The position numbers were made by a program, and so were the translations under genes. Shown here piece by piece: positions 1-10,609 of a stretch of DNA of 64,000 nt (the first letter of the stretch is position 1; each line of letters begins with the position of its first letter). The notes below the pieces were generated by a model, which saw nothing but the letters and a program-made list of their open reading frames with translations, was not told where the DNA came from and ran no database searches. This stretch comes from Leidyana gryllorum EB-2025a (lineage: Eukaryota > Protista > Apicomplexa). The stretch lies in assembly GCA_048772705.1 (NCBI GenBank), contig JBLWGC010000185.1, forward strand, positions 70,436-134,435, given 5' to 3'.

Positions 1-726
1 AAACATCGCGTTGAAAGCAGAATTGGCATTTTGTGAGGATCCGACGAGGTCTCGGCGACCAGTGTATTTGACTTGATACTGGATATCCCGAGACTCAACA
101 TTTCGGACAGTTCGGCACCCAGTAGGATACTCTATATATATATACGGGGCCTTCCCCTCCAAAATCAGATTACTCAAAGTCTCGTCACTGACCACAACTT
201 CTGGAGTGCCGTCCTCTGCTTCCAAGGGAACCTTTTCATTGTCCGAAGGGCCCACTTCGCCCCCCACCACTCTGCAGTCGCGTCGGTCCACGGTCAAAGC
301 GTTGGACTCCGAGGGCTGACGCTGCACATAACGCACGTGATAGGGACACTCCTCCGGGGGGGGACTCGCTTCGCTCTCGAGGGGGTCAAGTCGAAATGAC
401 AGGCGGCCAGACGGCACCGGGTACACAAGTGCACGACCGTGAACGGGAAAAAGCTCCAAGACGTCAAAACCCATTCGAACAGTCTGCAAAGCCGTGCCAA
501 TGACACACGTTGGAAAATGGACAGCCGTCAAGTTGTGCTTCGATATGAATTCGCATTCCGAAGGCACACTCAACAGACACTCATTGACCCCCTCCACATT
601 AACGACCTCTCGTTCTGAACAGTACTCTGTCATACATTCCGGGTTCGAGTCTGTCAGAACTACAAAATTGTAAATGTAACCGCTGCAGCAAACGCTCAGT
701 AATGCCACCAACAGCCAACCATTCAT
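1..726 (-). CDS. Secreted Cys-containing hypothetical protein, 5' part (runs off the window start)
   Basis: Uninterrupted minus-strand frame from ATG 726 to base 1, absent from the ORF track because it has no stop in the window: MNGWLLVALLSVCCSGYIYNFVVLTDSNPECMTEYC... The hydrophobic N-terminus looks like a signal peptide. Confidence 0.7.
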   Translation of the reverse strand, partial: MNGWLLVALLSVCCSGYIYNFVVLTDSNPECMTEYCSEREVVNVEGVNECLLSVPSECEFISKHNLTAVHFPTCVIGTALQTVRMGFDVLELFPVHGRALVYPVPSGRLSFRLDPLESEASPPPEECPYHVRYVQRQPSESNALTVDRRDCRVVGGEVGPSDNEKVPLEAEDGTPEVVVSDETLSNLILEGKAPYIYIEYPTGCRTVRNVESRDIQYQVKYTGRRDLVGSSQNANSAFNAMF

Positions 727-765
727 TCTCCCATAAATATATAACCGTTCCAAAAGAAAAACTAT

Positions 766-2585
766 ATGGCAGGCAGGAAAGCCCCCAAATCGGGGAAGTC
801 AAAGAAGGCTCTCGCCAAAGACTTAGTCAAGAAGACCGCCAAGAAACTCAAGAAACTGCAACCAGCCAATCAAATCGACTTTGACCGTCTCACCTCACTC
901 AAGAAACTCAACTACCAAGATGCCCACACCACCAAAAATGCTAAAGCGGCAAACGCCGATATAGAAACTCAGCGAACCGTTCACCTCGTCGTCGGAAACC
1001 GATCCTGGCCATCACTCCTCAACCTACTCAAAGATGGACTACCCATCAAAAGAATCGAAGCTCTCACAGGCATCATGCACCTCATCATTGAGACACCACC
1101 CTCCGTCGCCCTCATTGGACCACAACTCTTACAAGCCTTGACCCTCAGGCTCATCGATGATCACGATCTCGTTCGTCAATACGCCATCGACGTCGTAGCC
1201 GCCGTACTCAAAGCCCTCGAAGAACACGGAGCCCCAGGAGCCATGGAGGCCTTCGGACAAACCAATAAATCACTCCTTTGGCTCCAATTGAGAACCATCA
1301 TGTCCCATATACAACCCCTCAAACGACTAGAGGGCATCAAATTGCTTCATATCTGGCTACGCAGCGCCACTCCTTCGCTCTTCCAAGATCGCGCATTCAT
1401 TTTAAGGGTAAGCCGCAGCCTTCAAAGCTCTCACCATATCCTTATCGCTCACAGATATTCCCAATGATCTTGTCCCACCTTCCAATCGGGTTGAAACCGG
1501 GAAACCTCAAAGGGAAGACCAAAAATGCTGAACAGCAGACCCGGTCCCTCACCATATGGGATGACGCTTTTCAGCCTGTCACATCACGCTGGGGACCTAT
1601 CGTCGCCGCCAATCTTCTCTACCTCTTCTGGGATATGACACGCCCACACCGCGCTTCCGGAGCCCCTTTTGGAGCCGCCGATGGAGGTCTGGTAACTCAG
1701 GTACCTTTTGGGGAGACCCTGGAGCTGGTGCTCAGGCCCAAGTACGAAGCGGAAGAAGAGTGTGTGCACACGCGAGACAAGGCGCACTGCTATACAATCA
1801 TGGAGTATGCTGCTAATCTCGTCAGATCCGCCTTGGCAACAGCCGAAGATCCCCAATATCGGAAATTAGGTGGCAACAAACTCGCCAATATGGCTCTGGT
1901 CGGGGTCTGCATCATGCGGTGGGTGGTCGCCCTTCTCATGCTCAGGTGCAATGTCGCAAGTGATCGCGTGGATGTAGTGGCTTCGCCCATTGCGAGAACC
2001 ACCGCCAGTGTCAGACTGGCAACACTGCTGTTCAGGAAACCAGAAGAGAAGGGTTACGTGTCGACCGCAGAGTTCTTTGAACACGGACGCCGAGGAAGTA
2101 TGTTTTTGCAGTGCGTAGCAGATTTGGTCAGGGCTGCTTCCGTGCGTAAGGGTGAGACTGCTGCATCCCGAGTTGGTTTAGAGGTCGAAGTTCTCTTGTT
2201 GGAGCTACTACTCTGTGAAGACGAGTCTACTATTAGTGGCGGTCGATCTCATCTGGCTTTGAGGTCAAAAGCAGAGGCCATCGCTGTGACTCTGGCAGAT
2301 GCTCGGAAAGCCCAGAAGCTCGAGACCGCATCCTCTCCCACTGGAGTATCGACTAACATTAATAGTAGCGAGTGGGTAGACAGGGACGTAGCAGCCGAGC
2401 TTCCCAGCCCGGCACCTCTCACTGGGGAGGTTCTAAAGACTTGTTTTGATGGAAGGGCTTTGCTACAGGGCATGGAGGCTGGGGGAGAAGAACATACTCT
2501 GAGGTGGCTCGATCAGTGTCGCCCTTTTTTGTCTCGCAGCCAGACGAGTGACACCGACGAAACTGACATTGAAGTTGAAGCGTGA
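766..2585 (+). CDS. Ipi1/TEX10-like pre-60S (Rix1 complex) HEAT protein, spliced
   Basis: Lys-rich N-terminus, then DFDRL...TVHL, SLLNLL...RIEALTGI, LIDDHDLVRQ and IMSHI...RLEGIKLL, matching the Ipi1_N layout. Intron ~1408-1454 (gtaagc...cacag) joins ORFs 766-1467 and 1278-2585. The 3' end is uncertain because another GT-AG intron lies at 2595-2640. Confidence 0.65.
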
Positions 2586-3005
2586 CTACCGGAGGTAAGG
2601 GGCTGAGGGGGCACTGCTGATAGTCTCTGGTCACTTGTAGAAAATCGGTATCTAACAAATTCGCACCAAGCCTGAACGGAATCTTCCGCCCGTTGACGCC
2701 GGAAGAAGGCCCACCAGCACGGTCATACATCACAAAGAGGATCTCACATGCGATCTCAGATAGAAGATTAGCTTTTCGACCCTCATTGTCAGACGAGCAA
2801 AGCTCGCTGTCAGGAGTTCGAAGTGATTCAGGATTGCATCATGCGTCTCGAACATTTGAACATATATAATATGAACATTACTGGCGAACAATGGGTAGAG
2901 AAAGTGTAAAACAAAATCAAATAAGTGAGCAAAGACGAATCGGTCAACTGGAAGTACAATGTAAATTTGTGCTATACAAATATATTTTTGTTGGGTTGGG
3001 TCGCG

Positions 3006-6000
3006 TCATGGAGGAGCAGCGGTTTGAGCCTGAGCCTGAGCTGCTTGGCGTTGAGCCTTGAAGGCTAACAGATTGGCTTGTCGTCTAGCTCGTAATTTGA
3101 CAGGATCGAGAATTGGGGCCGCAGACAACTTGGACGGATCTGGTGAAGGCTCTGGTGCTGGATGAACGGCTGCTTCCTTTATAGTATTGGCATCGTTGGT
3201 CTCAGTCCCTCTGACGAAGACTAGTGCAGCATTGCTTGTGACAGGCATGGTGGCCTTTCGGACACCAGTACGGTGTTTAGTCGCAAAACACGAGGTTTGA
3301 ACGGGATCAGGTCTCTCACGCGGGAGCAGCGGTACTGATTCCAACAAAGATTTACGATACCCAGCTGCTCAGCACAATATGAGATCAGTAGTAGATCCAA
3401 AACCGCGAACTTACGATACTTGAATGCGAGATCATCCAGCGTCTTGGGGACAGCCCGCCGACCAACAGCACGAGTGTATGCTTCGGCTATGTATGCTGCT
3501 ACCTTCTCACTGTCATTATGCAACAAAGTGTAGATATGAGCCCGCTTGTTCTGCTCGTCTATTACTGTAGAGGGCAGAGCTTCGGCAGAGGCAAAGGTTG
3601 ATCGCCACACAAACTCGTACGCTGTCTTTGGCGGATCGTAGCTGATCACCGCCGCGAATTTTATGCGCCGCAGCATCTTGAGAGCCATAGCCGTTGTAGT
3701 GACCACCACATCTGACGACAGAGTTTCCGGTGTTGGCAAGCTGGCATCGGGGAGTAAATGGGTCGTTGAGGCACAGAACGGTAGTAGCAAGCCCACAATG
3801 TCACTGCACCGGGGATGCGATGCCCCAAAGATCAATATACGCCCGTACGGCTGGAACTTGGGGGCATTCTGGCCTGCGCGAACGGAGACACACGATGTGA
3901 CAAACACCACACATATTGATGCAGTACTTACTTAACCAAGCAAATTTCTTCTCCTCGCTCCCTTTCACGAGGAAGCGGTGCTCCGTGTTGTCTTCCACGC
4001 GGAAAGCGTCATGTGAATCAATTCGAACTGTTACGGGACGGTTGAAAGCCTCCCGCACGAACTGTTCAACCAGTGCATCTTGCGCGCTCGAGATCACCAG
4101 CAGTTGCTTGTCCTCTCGCGTTTGACTCAACACCACATGAGCAATGGACGCGTCGTATTCGAGTGTCCCGCCGATATCGGCGAATACCAGAAAGCTCACA
4201 TCCTCCAGTGGCAATCTCTCTACAATGAGGAGTCAAGTCAAAGGTCATCGAGTAGGAGCAGTAGGATGGCATCTTTCATGTGTCATCCCGCGGACGTCAA
4301 TATCAAGTCGCGTTCAGCTTACCATTATCAATGGCCCAGAGCCCAAGCACTGCCTCGGCCGACCCCACCACCATCAGAGTCTCACCGGTGGTGAGATATT
4401 GGGACAGTGGGGTGTCTGTGGTCACACAGGCGATATCGATCCCATGAGACGGTCCATCACATATTGCATTCCATCGCTTCAAGGCGCTGCACAACTGTTC
4501 AGCGGCTTTGTCAGTCGAGCAAATGAAAAGAGAGATGGGCGATTTGACCCAGTGACATCCAGAAGTCGCAAGCTGAAGAGGGAATGGAGAGTGAGACACA
4601 ATTGGCTCTTCGGCTGTCGGAAGCCAATGTGGAAGAGAGCCCCACCTGTTGAAGCAGATGATCGATGGGAGCCAAAGCTCCCAGAAAGAGCGAGAAGGCA
4701 TAGTCGTCCAGTTCCCAGTCCCCCAAACCGCCTCCCGAGAGAAGGCCAGAGTCGTCATAAGGGGGTGGGACCAGAACACTGCAATTGCGGCCGGAGGCCA
4801 GAAGGGGCAACAACTGGCACTCCAAAGGACTGGGGACCAACTTTTGGGCAGCACGTTGCTTTAAAAGCGTGCGTAATATAGAATTGGGACCCTAGCGCCT
4901 GGTAGGGACAGGAAGAATGTAGGCCACTCACCAGGGGAGCCAAGGTAGACTCCAAGTGACCATAATCACTTATGAGTTTGGGGACATTGAGACCAGATGT
5001 CATTATGCGGAGGTCTCTACGGATACGAGCAATGCGCTCGAATGAGGTCGCAGTAAGGTCAGGCGACTCCAGATACCAAGGCTTCAGAGAGGCATGAGAA
5101 AACAGAATACCATTATAGAAGACACCAGCAGACAAACACAACTAAGCTTCCATGGGTCGGTCGTCAAGTCTGCACCGGCCGAACAACTGATGCCCCCCAA
5201 CGCCACCCGTAGAGTTCACACTCACCTTCTCAATTCGAGGCAGTCTAGACGGACGTTGACGCTCGCTGGTCATCTGCTCCCAGTCAAACGAAGAAGGTAT
5301 TTTGGGGTAACGTGTGGAAGAAGGCGCTGGCAAGTGGCCATGAGTACTTTCGCGCTGCGGAAAAAGAAGGTGTGAGTGGCAGCGATTGATAGCACGATGC
5401 ACATTAACGCCCGCACAGTAGTCTCAGACTCGATGCACAGCGCACGATCGTTCGTCGATCGATTACTTGAGTGTGCATCATCATAGTGCACATGGTGAGT
5501 TGAGTACAGAGACGGGTGCAGCTGGCTGCCGCTATGGATTGCGGATTCGTGTGGCTCACCTTTCTTGGCGAGTCGTCTTCACTGCTTTCCACTTCTGGAA
5601 CGAAAGGTTCTGAGGTGGGTTCGGCCGTACGTGCCATCTTGCTTCTTCGTCCCATTTGCATGAGTTTCCGGAGTTCTTCTGGGGTTATTTCTGCTTCCGC
5701 ATCGCCTTCGCCGCCGCTGTCGCTAGAGTTGTCATCGGAGTGAGGTCTCTTCTTAGCGAGATGCTCATAGAGGTCGGCAACATCCCCTCTGCCTGCGTCT
5801 TCGATTTTATCCATGAGCTCTTCTTCATTAGGTCTGGATGCTCGTTTACTATCTCCAGCAGCTTGTTCGGCAGCAAGGTTCTTCATGAAAGCATCTAAGG
5901 GGTCTTCTTCAGCGTTATCATTTTGGTCATCAGTCTCATCATTGGTCGCTGGTTTGTTAGTCAATTCTTCCTCTTCATTGAACCAAGCCTCTTCGTCTTC

Positions 6001-6024
6001 TTGCTCCCGCCCCCTGGCATCCAT
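3006..6024 (-). CDS. DDX42/Prp5-like DEAD-box-fold protein with degenerate catalytic motifs, multi-exon
   Basis: N-terminal EEDPLDAFM, then RRDLRIMTSG..PK, LEDVSFLVF, KKFAWL, ILIF, VISYD, YTLL and VPKTLDDLA in the DDX42 order. Several GT-AG introns, e.g. 5355-5559. Confidence 0.7.
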
Positions 6025-6045
6025 AGTGAGCAAAAATTGTGAGAA

Positions 6046-9000
6046 ATGAACCTTCGGTCTGTAATGGTATTTATCGCACCTTATTGGTTTGGCTTAGGAT
6101 TGGTTTGCAAAGATGACATGTCAGAACTCTATGGCGGGGGCGGTATGGCACTGCCGGAGTTACAATTAGACGGCAAGAGACGAGTCCTATCAGCACTCAC
6201 ACCGCCTCCTTCTGTCCACCAAAGCTTATCAACGGAATTGGATGTGTTGATTCCGGTGCTGCTCGATGCGATTTCTCTGATTGATCAAATGGGCCTCCCC
6301 CCGTCAGAGGCGCTCCCACACTATTTGGATCCCGTATTGGCTGACAGTCTATTGACCATTCTGAACCCGCTGAGCGAAGCTTTCTACCAAGCTGCTCTCC
6401 TGGAAACGCTGGATGCGCTCCCCGAGGGCTCTGCGAGAGCTGCCGAGCCTCCCGATATGCCCCGGAACGATTCCACTGTGCTTACTGACGGAGAGCGAGC
6501 CTTCGTTGAAGAGACTCTTCTACGCGCTCTGTACCAAGCTGTGTGGGACGACGGCATACAGCTGTTGCCGCGCTCCGTCTCCGATTGGGAACTCGCGCAG
6601 AAGGAGTACGAGTTGAATCATCTGAGACTCTTCGTTGACGCTGTTCATCGCGCAGTTCATCGTATGAACAATACTTCCACCTCAGAGGCGACGACGCCGG
6701 CGGAGCGGCTCTCCGGGCTACGGTTGACCAAACGAGCTGTGGACAATCAGCAAGCGGCCGTCGATAAAGTCGTCAGACGACTTCAGCAACAGCAGTCTGG
6801 CGGTCCTCTGGGGGCCATAATGGGTCGACTGGGAGGCGGCAATGGTGGTGGACTCTCAAATTTGGTCCAAAGCTTCGTGGTCAAAGAGCTCGACGGCACC
6901 GGTTCCAGAAGTAAAAGTGCTTTCCGAATGGATCCGAGGTGTGACGCGCACGAGAAGGGTACCTGCTGCTTCTTCGGAGACCTGTGTGATCCGATAGCTC
7001 AGTGCGTCGCAGAAACCAATCCCCAGTCATTGGGCGACTTGGCCAAGTTGGTACCACAGTGCATCTGCCCAGAAGGATTCAAAGGCGATGGACGCAAACG
7101 CGGAGACGGATGCGTCAACATTGATGAATGTAAAGAGGGACTCGCCTATTGTGACCAGAAATGCATAGATATGGCTCCGGGATACCGCTGTGAGTGCCGT
7201 GACGGCTTCAGACTCCAGCCGGACGCCCGAACCTGTCGAGACATTGACGAATGCAAAGAAGGCTTGCACGATTGCGACGATGTATGTATCAATACCAAAG
7301 GAGGTTTTGAGTGTGGATGCTCATCTGGGTACAAACCCGACCCAGCGAACCCACACAAATGCAATGATATAGATGAATGTCTTGAAGCCAGCATCAGTAA
7401 TCGCGAACTGTGTCAGTTCATGGATATGTGTACCAATCTACCCGGGTCATATAGCTGCTGGTGCCCCCAGGGGACTATGCCGGACCCAGACAGTCCCGGT
7501 GCGTGCATTGATATTGATGAATGCACTGACTTGGATGAGGACCCCTGCCCCAATAGTCGTGGCGGCGGCGGCACATTTGATCCTGCCGCCCCGACACAAT
7601 GGTGCGAGAATGTGTATGGTGGCTACAACTGTATGTGTCTCCCCGGTCTTAAGGAAGCCAAGACAACAGCCCCTGATCCTTTGCGAGATCTGCGACCACG
7701 TGAAATTAGCGCTTACGACGGACGCGAAATTGATTTACGTCAACAACAGTCAGTAATTCGAGCTTCTGAGTTGTTGTGTGCTGATATCGACGAGTGCCGT
7801 GAGGATGCACACATGTGTCCAGGTGACGATGTACAATGTGTTAACGAATATCGATCTGCTTTTTGTCGATGTTTGGAGCCCGGAAAGCAGTGGAACGCTT
7901 CAACCAAACGTTGTTACAAAGACATCACGTGTCGTGCCGATACTTGTGGTACAGACCCTAATTCAATGTGTGTCCAGTATGATGACGATTTTGAATGCAC
8001 TTGCCGTGAAGGCTTCCAAGTTGGACGCCACACGGCTGAAAAGTCTGAGTTTAGCTGCGAAGATGTCAATGAATGTGCAGCTTCCAATGATATTTGTCCA
8101 CCGAATTCTACCTGTCAAAACTTGATAGGCACTTACAAATGTGTTTGCGATCATGGATTTCTGCAAGCCGCTGACGGCACATGTCTGGATATCGATGAAT
8201 GTGCAGCCGGAGCGTGTGCAGGCCCCTGTCTAAATTTGGACGGAGCTTTCACATGCGGTTGTCCACACGGAACAATGGCGAAAGGACGTACAGATCCCAC
8301 CCAAGTACGAATGTGGTCACTTCTGAACGACAAAATTAATTCGGCGCACTCTCAAGATACGCGAATCGCTGCGTTCCATGTTGAGACTCGGGAATCTAAG
8401 TTGAGTTGTGAACGTTACGATGTGTGTACAGAATCTGAAGGATTGCTTTGCGGTGCGGGAGCTCAATGTCGAGGTACTGAAGGCACCTTCAGCTGTGTCT
8501 GTCCCATCGGAACCGAGATGAGGGCCACAAAAGTCAAAGACTATCCGCTATTGGAAGATACACTCACCCGTCAGATATCACTCCACATCCGCACTCTTCC
8601 ATTTGATGCTGTATCCGATCTCGATCCACTGACCCTACTCACTGCCGTAGCCTCCTTAGAGCCTCCAGCCCCACTATGGAAGATCAACGCTATCCCTTGG
8701 CAAGCGTCTTCGCGCTTTCACATTCATCGAACTGAGAAGCAAACAACAGCCTTATTGGATCACCCTTCCCGTGAGACAATGTTGGCATTATTGCTCGAAC
8801 TGATCTCCGAAGCTGAAGTGACCTCATGTGAGCCTCGCGACTTGCCCCGAAACAGTTTACCAACTCGTTTCGCCTTCCTTCTGAGTACTCCACCCCCTGC
8901 GCCACACAAGTCGCAATTCCCTCCTCGCACTGTGGCGCCTCCTCCTCCAGTCGCTGCAGCTGTGGACTATGACGGCAACAAGAAGCGACGTCCCAATTCA

Positions 9001-10593
9001 GGAGGTTTAGTCGGAGGATTACTATCCCAACTCGGACGTTTCACGAAGCCTCAGTCTCCCGTGCGGCGGGCGAACACCCAACCCATTGTCAATACGGAAG
9101 GGTTTCCCTTGGAGGACGTCGACGAGATCGTGGACGAGTCGCTGGAAGCGGCTTTGTCTGATGGAGAGGTCACATTGGTCGCTGGGCCGGGACAGTTCGG
9201 ACTGGACGGCCCCAATGGATTGCCACCCCGAACGCCTCGGTACCTCTACGACGACATTGGCGGAGCTGTGGCTTTGAATGTGTCTGAAGTGCGTTTGGCC
9301 GATCGCAAGCGGACTCGCAAACTCCGGGAGTTCTTGGAGACTCGATTAAAGCGCGCCGAGGGCTCACTTAACGTTGTCGATGTACACCGTCGTCTCAACT
9401 ATTTGTCATCGTCCACTACGCCCTCTGATGTCGGGAGCGACGAGATGAACGGCAACGATAGCCAAACTGAGACGAGGAAGTCTGAGGGTTGGAACGCCTA
9501 TTGGCTGTTGGAACGTGTGATAGGCCCAAATGCGACGGCCTCCGTGAAACCTTTAGTCTCAGACGTGATGGATTTGTGGAAGTCATCGGGAGACACAATG
9601 GCACTGATGCGCAAAGCGGCTCGGGTGGTGTCGGATATAACCAAAACGGACGAGGAGTGTGAGGGGGGCGAGAAGAAGTGTAGCGGGTGGTCGAACTTTT
9701 ACGAAGAGGTCAAATCGTATGTCAAATCCTCAGAGTTTTACGCGGTGGAGGAGAAGACTGTGGAATCTTTGACAGAATATCTGCAGCGAAGTGGATCTGT
9801 GGCCTCAAATGGCGGTGGTGATAATGATGACAGCCGCACCATCGAGGCGTTACTGCTGACGACAATTCTGGAGCATTTGAGTCGGGCTGTGCCCGAACTC
9901 GGGTTGCTGACGCGTCCGCTGATGGAGCTTAGTCGACTGCAGCAGACAGAGTCGACGGCTTCGGGATCTTCTGAGAGCCACGGTGTGTCTGAGGTGATGA
10001 GCGATCTTTTGCGGAATCAGACCATTGGACGCGAACTTCCGATACTGAGACTGGCCACAGCCGACGAAAAGGGAGTGGAGCGGCTGCGTAGAGCGGTTCG
10101 CGCTTTGATGGAGAGTGGAGGTGGCGATCGGGCGGTACCACACACCGTACAGACGATATTGGAGAATGGTCCAAATGGAACGGGCCCGTTGTTGAAAGAG
10201 GGAATGTTGAGAGCGGTTCATTCTGAAGGTATTGAGGATCTGATTGTGACAACGACAAAGATGTGGACGAGCGATGAAGTTATCAAATCTCTGGGTGGCG
10301 GTGGCGATAAGAACGGGACGGCGACGCGCGCTCTGTTTGGAAGAATGAACAATATCGCAGCTTTAATCACTTTGGTTCCGAACCGAATGCTCCGACCATC
10401 GGGTCCTTTCCGAAACATTGTGAGCTCTCTTATGGGAGGCTTTGAATTACTGAATGGGAAGAATAACAACAGTACACAAGACGGCGGTATGGTGAAGCAG
10501 TTGGTCCAATCGTTGGTTCCCGGGGGTGGCGGTGGGCGAATGATATCACCGAAACCCATTCGGAAGATTGGAGATGCGACTGCTGCTGATTGA
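6046..10593 (+). CDS. Secreted calcium-binding EGF-repeat protein (microneme/adhesin-like)
   Basis: 1515-aa single ORF with a hydrophobic N-terminus. About a dozen C-x-D-I-D-E-C...C-x-N-x-x-G-x-Y/F-x-C-x-C units lie in the central third, flanked by helical non-Cys regions. Confidence 0.85.
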   Translation: MNLRSVMVFIAPYWFGLGLVCKDDMSELYGGGGMALPELQLDGKRRVLSALTPPPSVHQSLSTELDVLIPVLLDAISLIDQMGLPPSEALPHYLDPVLADSLLTILNPLSEAFYQAALLETLDALPEGSARAAEPPDMPRNDSTVLTDGERAFVEETLLRALYQAVWDDGIQLLPRSVSDWELAQKEYELNHLRLFVDAVHRAVHRMNNTSTSEATTPAERLSGLRLTKRAVDNQQAAVDKVVRRLQQQQSGGPLGAIMGRLGGGNGGGLSNLVQSFVVKELDGTGSRSKSAFRMDPRCDAHEKGTCCFFGDLCDPIAQCVAETNPQSLGDLAKLVPQCICPEGFKGDGRKRGDGCVNIDECKEGLAYCDQKCIDMAPGYRCECRDGFRLQPDARTCRDIDECKEGLHDCDDVCINTKGGFECGCSSGYKPDPANPHKCNDIDECLEASISNRELCQFMDMCTNLPGSYSCWCPQGTMPDPDSPGACIDIDECTDLDEDPCPNSRGGGGTFDPAAPTQWCENVYGGYNCMCLPGLKEAKTTAPDPLRDLRPREISAYDGREIDLRQQQSVIRASELLCADIDECREDAHMCPGDDVQCVNEYRSAFCRCLEPGKQWNASTKRCYKDITCRADTCGTDPNSMCVQYDDDFECTCREGFQVGRHTAEKSEFSCEDVNECAASNDICPPNSTCQNLIGTYKCVCDHGFLQAADGTCLDIDECAAGACAGPCLNLDGAFTCGCPHGTMAKGRTDPTQVRMWSLLNDKINSAHSQDTRIAAFHVETRESKLSCERYDVCTESEGLLCGAGAQCRGTEGTFSCVCPIGTEMRATKVKDYPLLEDTLTRQISLHIRTLPFDAVSDLDPLTLLTAVASLEPPAPLWKINAIPWQASSRFHIHRTEKQTTALLDHPSRETMLALLLELISEAEVTSCEPRDLPRNSLPTRFAFLLSTPPPAPHKSQFPPRTVAPPPPVAAAVDYDGNKKRRPNSGGLVGGLLSQLGRFTKPQSPVRRANTQPIVNTEGFPLEDVDEIVDESLEAALSDGEVTLVAGPGQFGLDGPNGLPPRTPRYLYDDIGGAVALNVSEVRLADRKRTRKLREFLETRLKRAEGSLNVVDVHRRLNYLSSSTTPSDVGSDEMNGNDSQTETRKSEGWNAYWLLERVIGPNATASVKPLVSDVMDLWKSSGDTMALMRKAARVVSDITKTDEECEGGEKKCSGWSNFYEEVKSYVKSSEFYAVEEKTVESLTEYLQRSGSVASNGGGDNDDSRTIEALLLTTILEHLSRAVPELGLLTRPLMELSRLQQTESTASGSSESHGVSEVMSDLLRNQTIGRELPILRLATADEKGVERLRRAVRALMESGGGDRAVPHTVQTILENGPNGTGPLLKEGMLRAVHSEGIEDLIVTTTKMWTSDEVIKSLGGGGDKNGTATRALFGRMNNIAALITLVPNRMLRPSGPFRNIVSSLMGGFELLNGKNNNSTQDGGMVKQLVQSLVPGGGGGRMISPKPIRKIGDATAAD

Positions 10594-10609
10594 GACGTCA
10601 GTCAGTCAG

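Noticed and set aside
2757-2775. AGAAGATTAGC, as in U6 snRNA
   Set aside because: Lacks the ACAGAGA box and the downstream ATGGCCCCTG...; likely a chance 11-mer.
4080-4881. Plus-strand ORFs 4080-4394 and 4144-4881, and the many similar antisense ORFs in the track
   Set aside because: Shadow frames of better-supported genes on the opposite strand.
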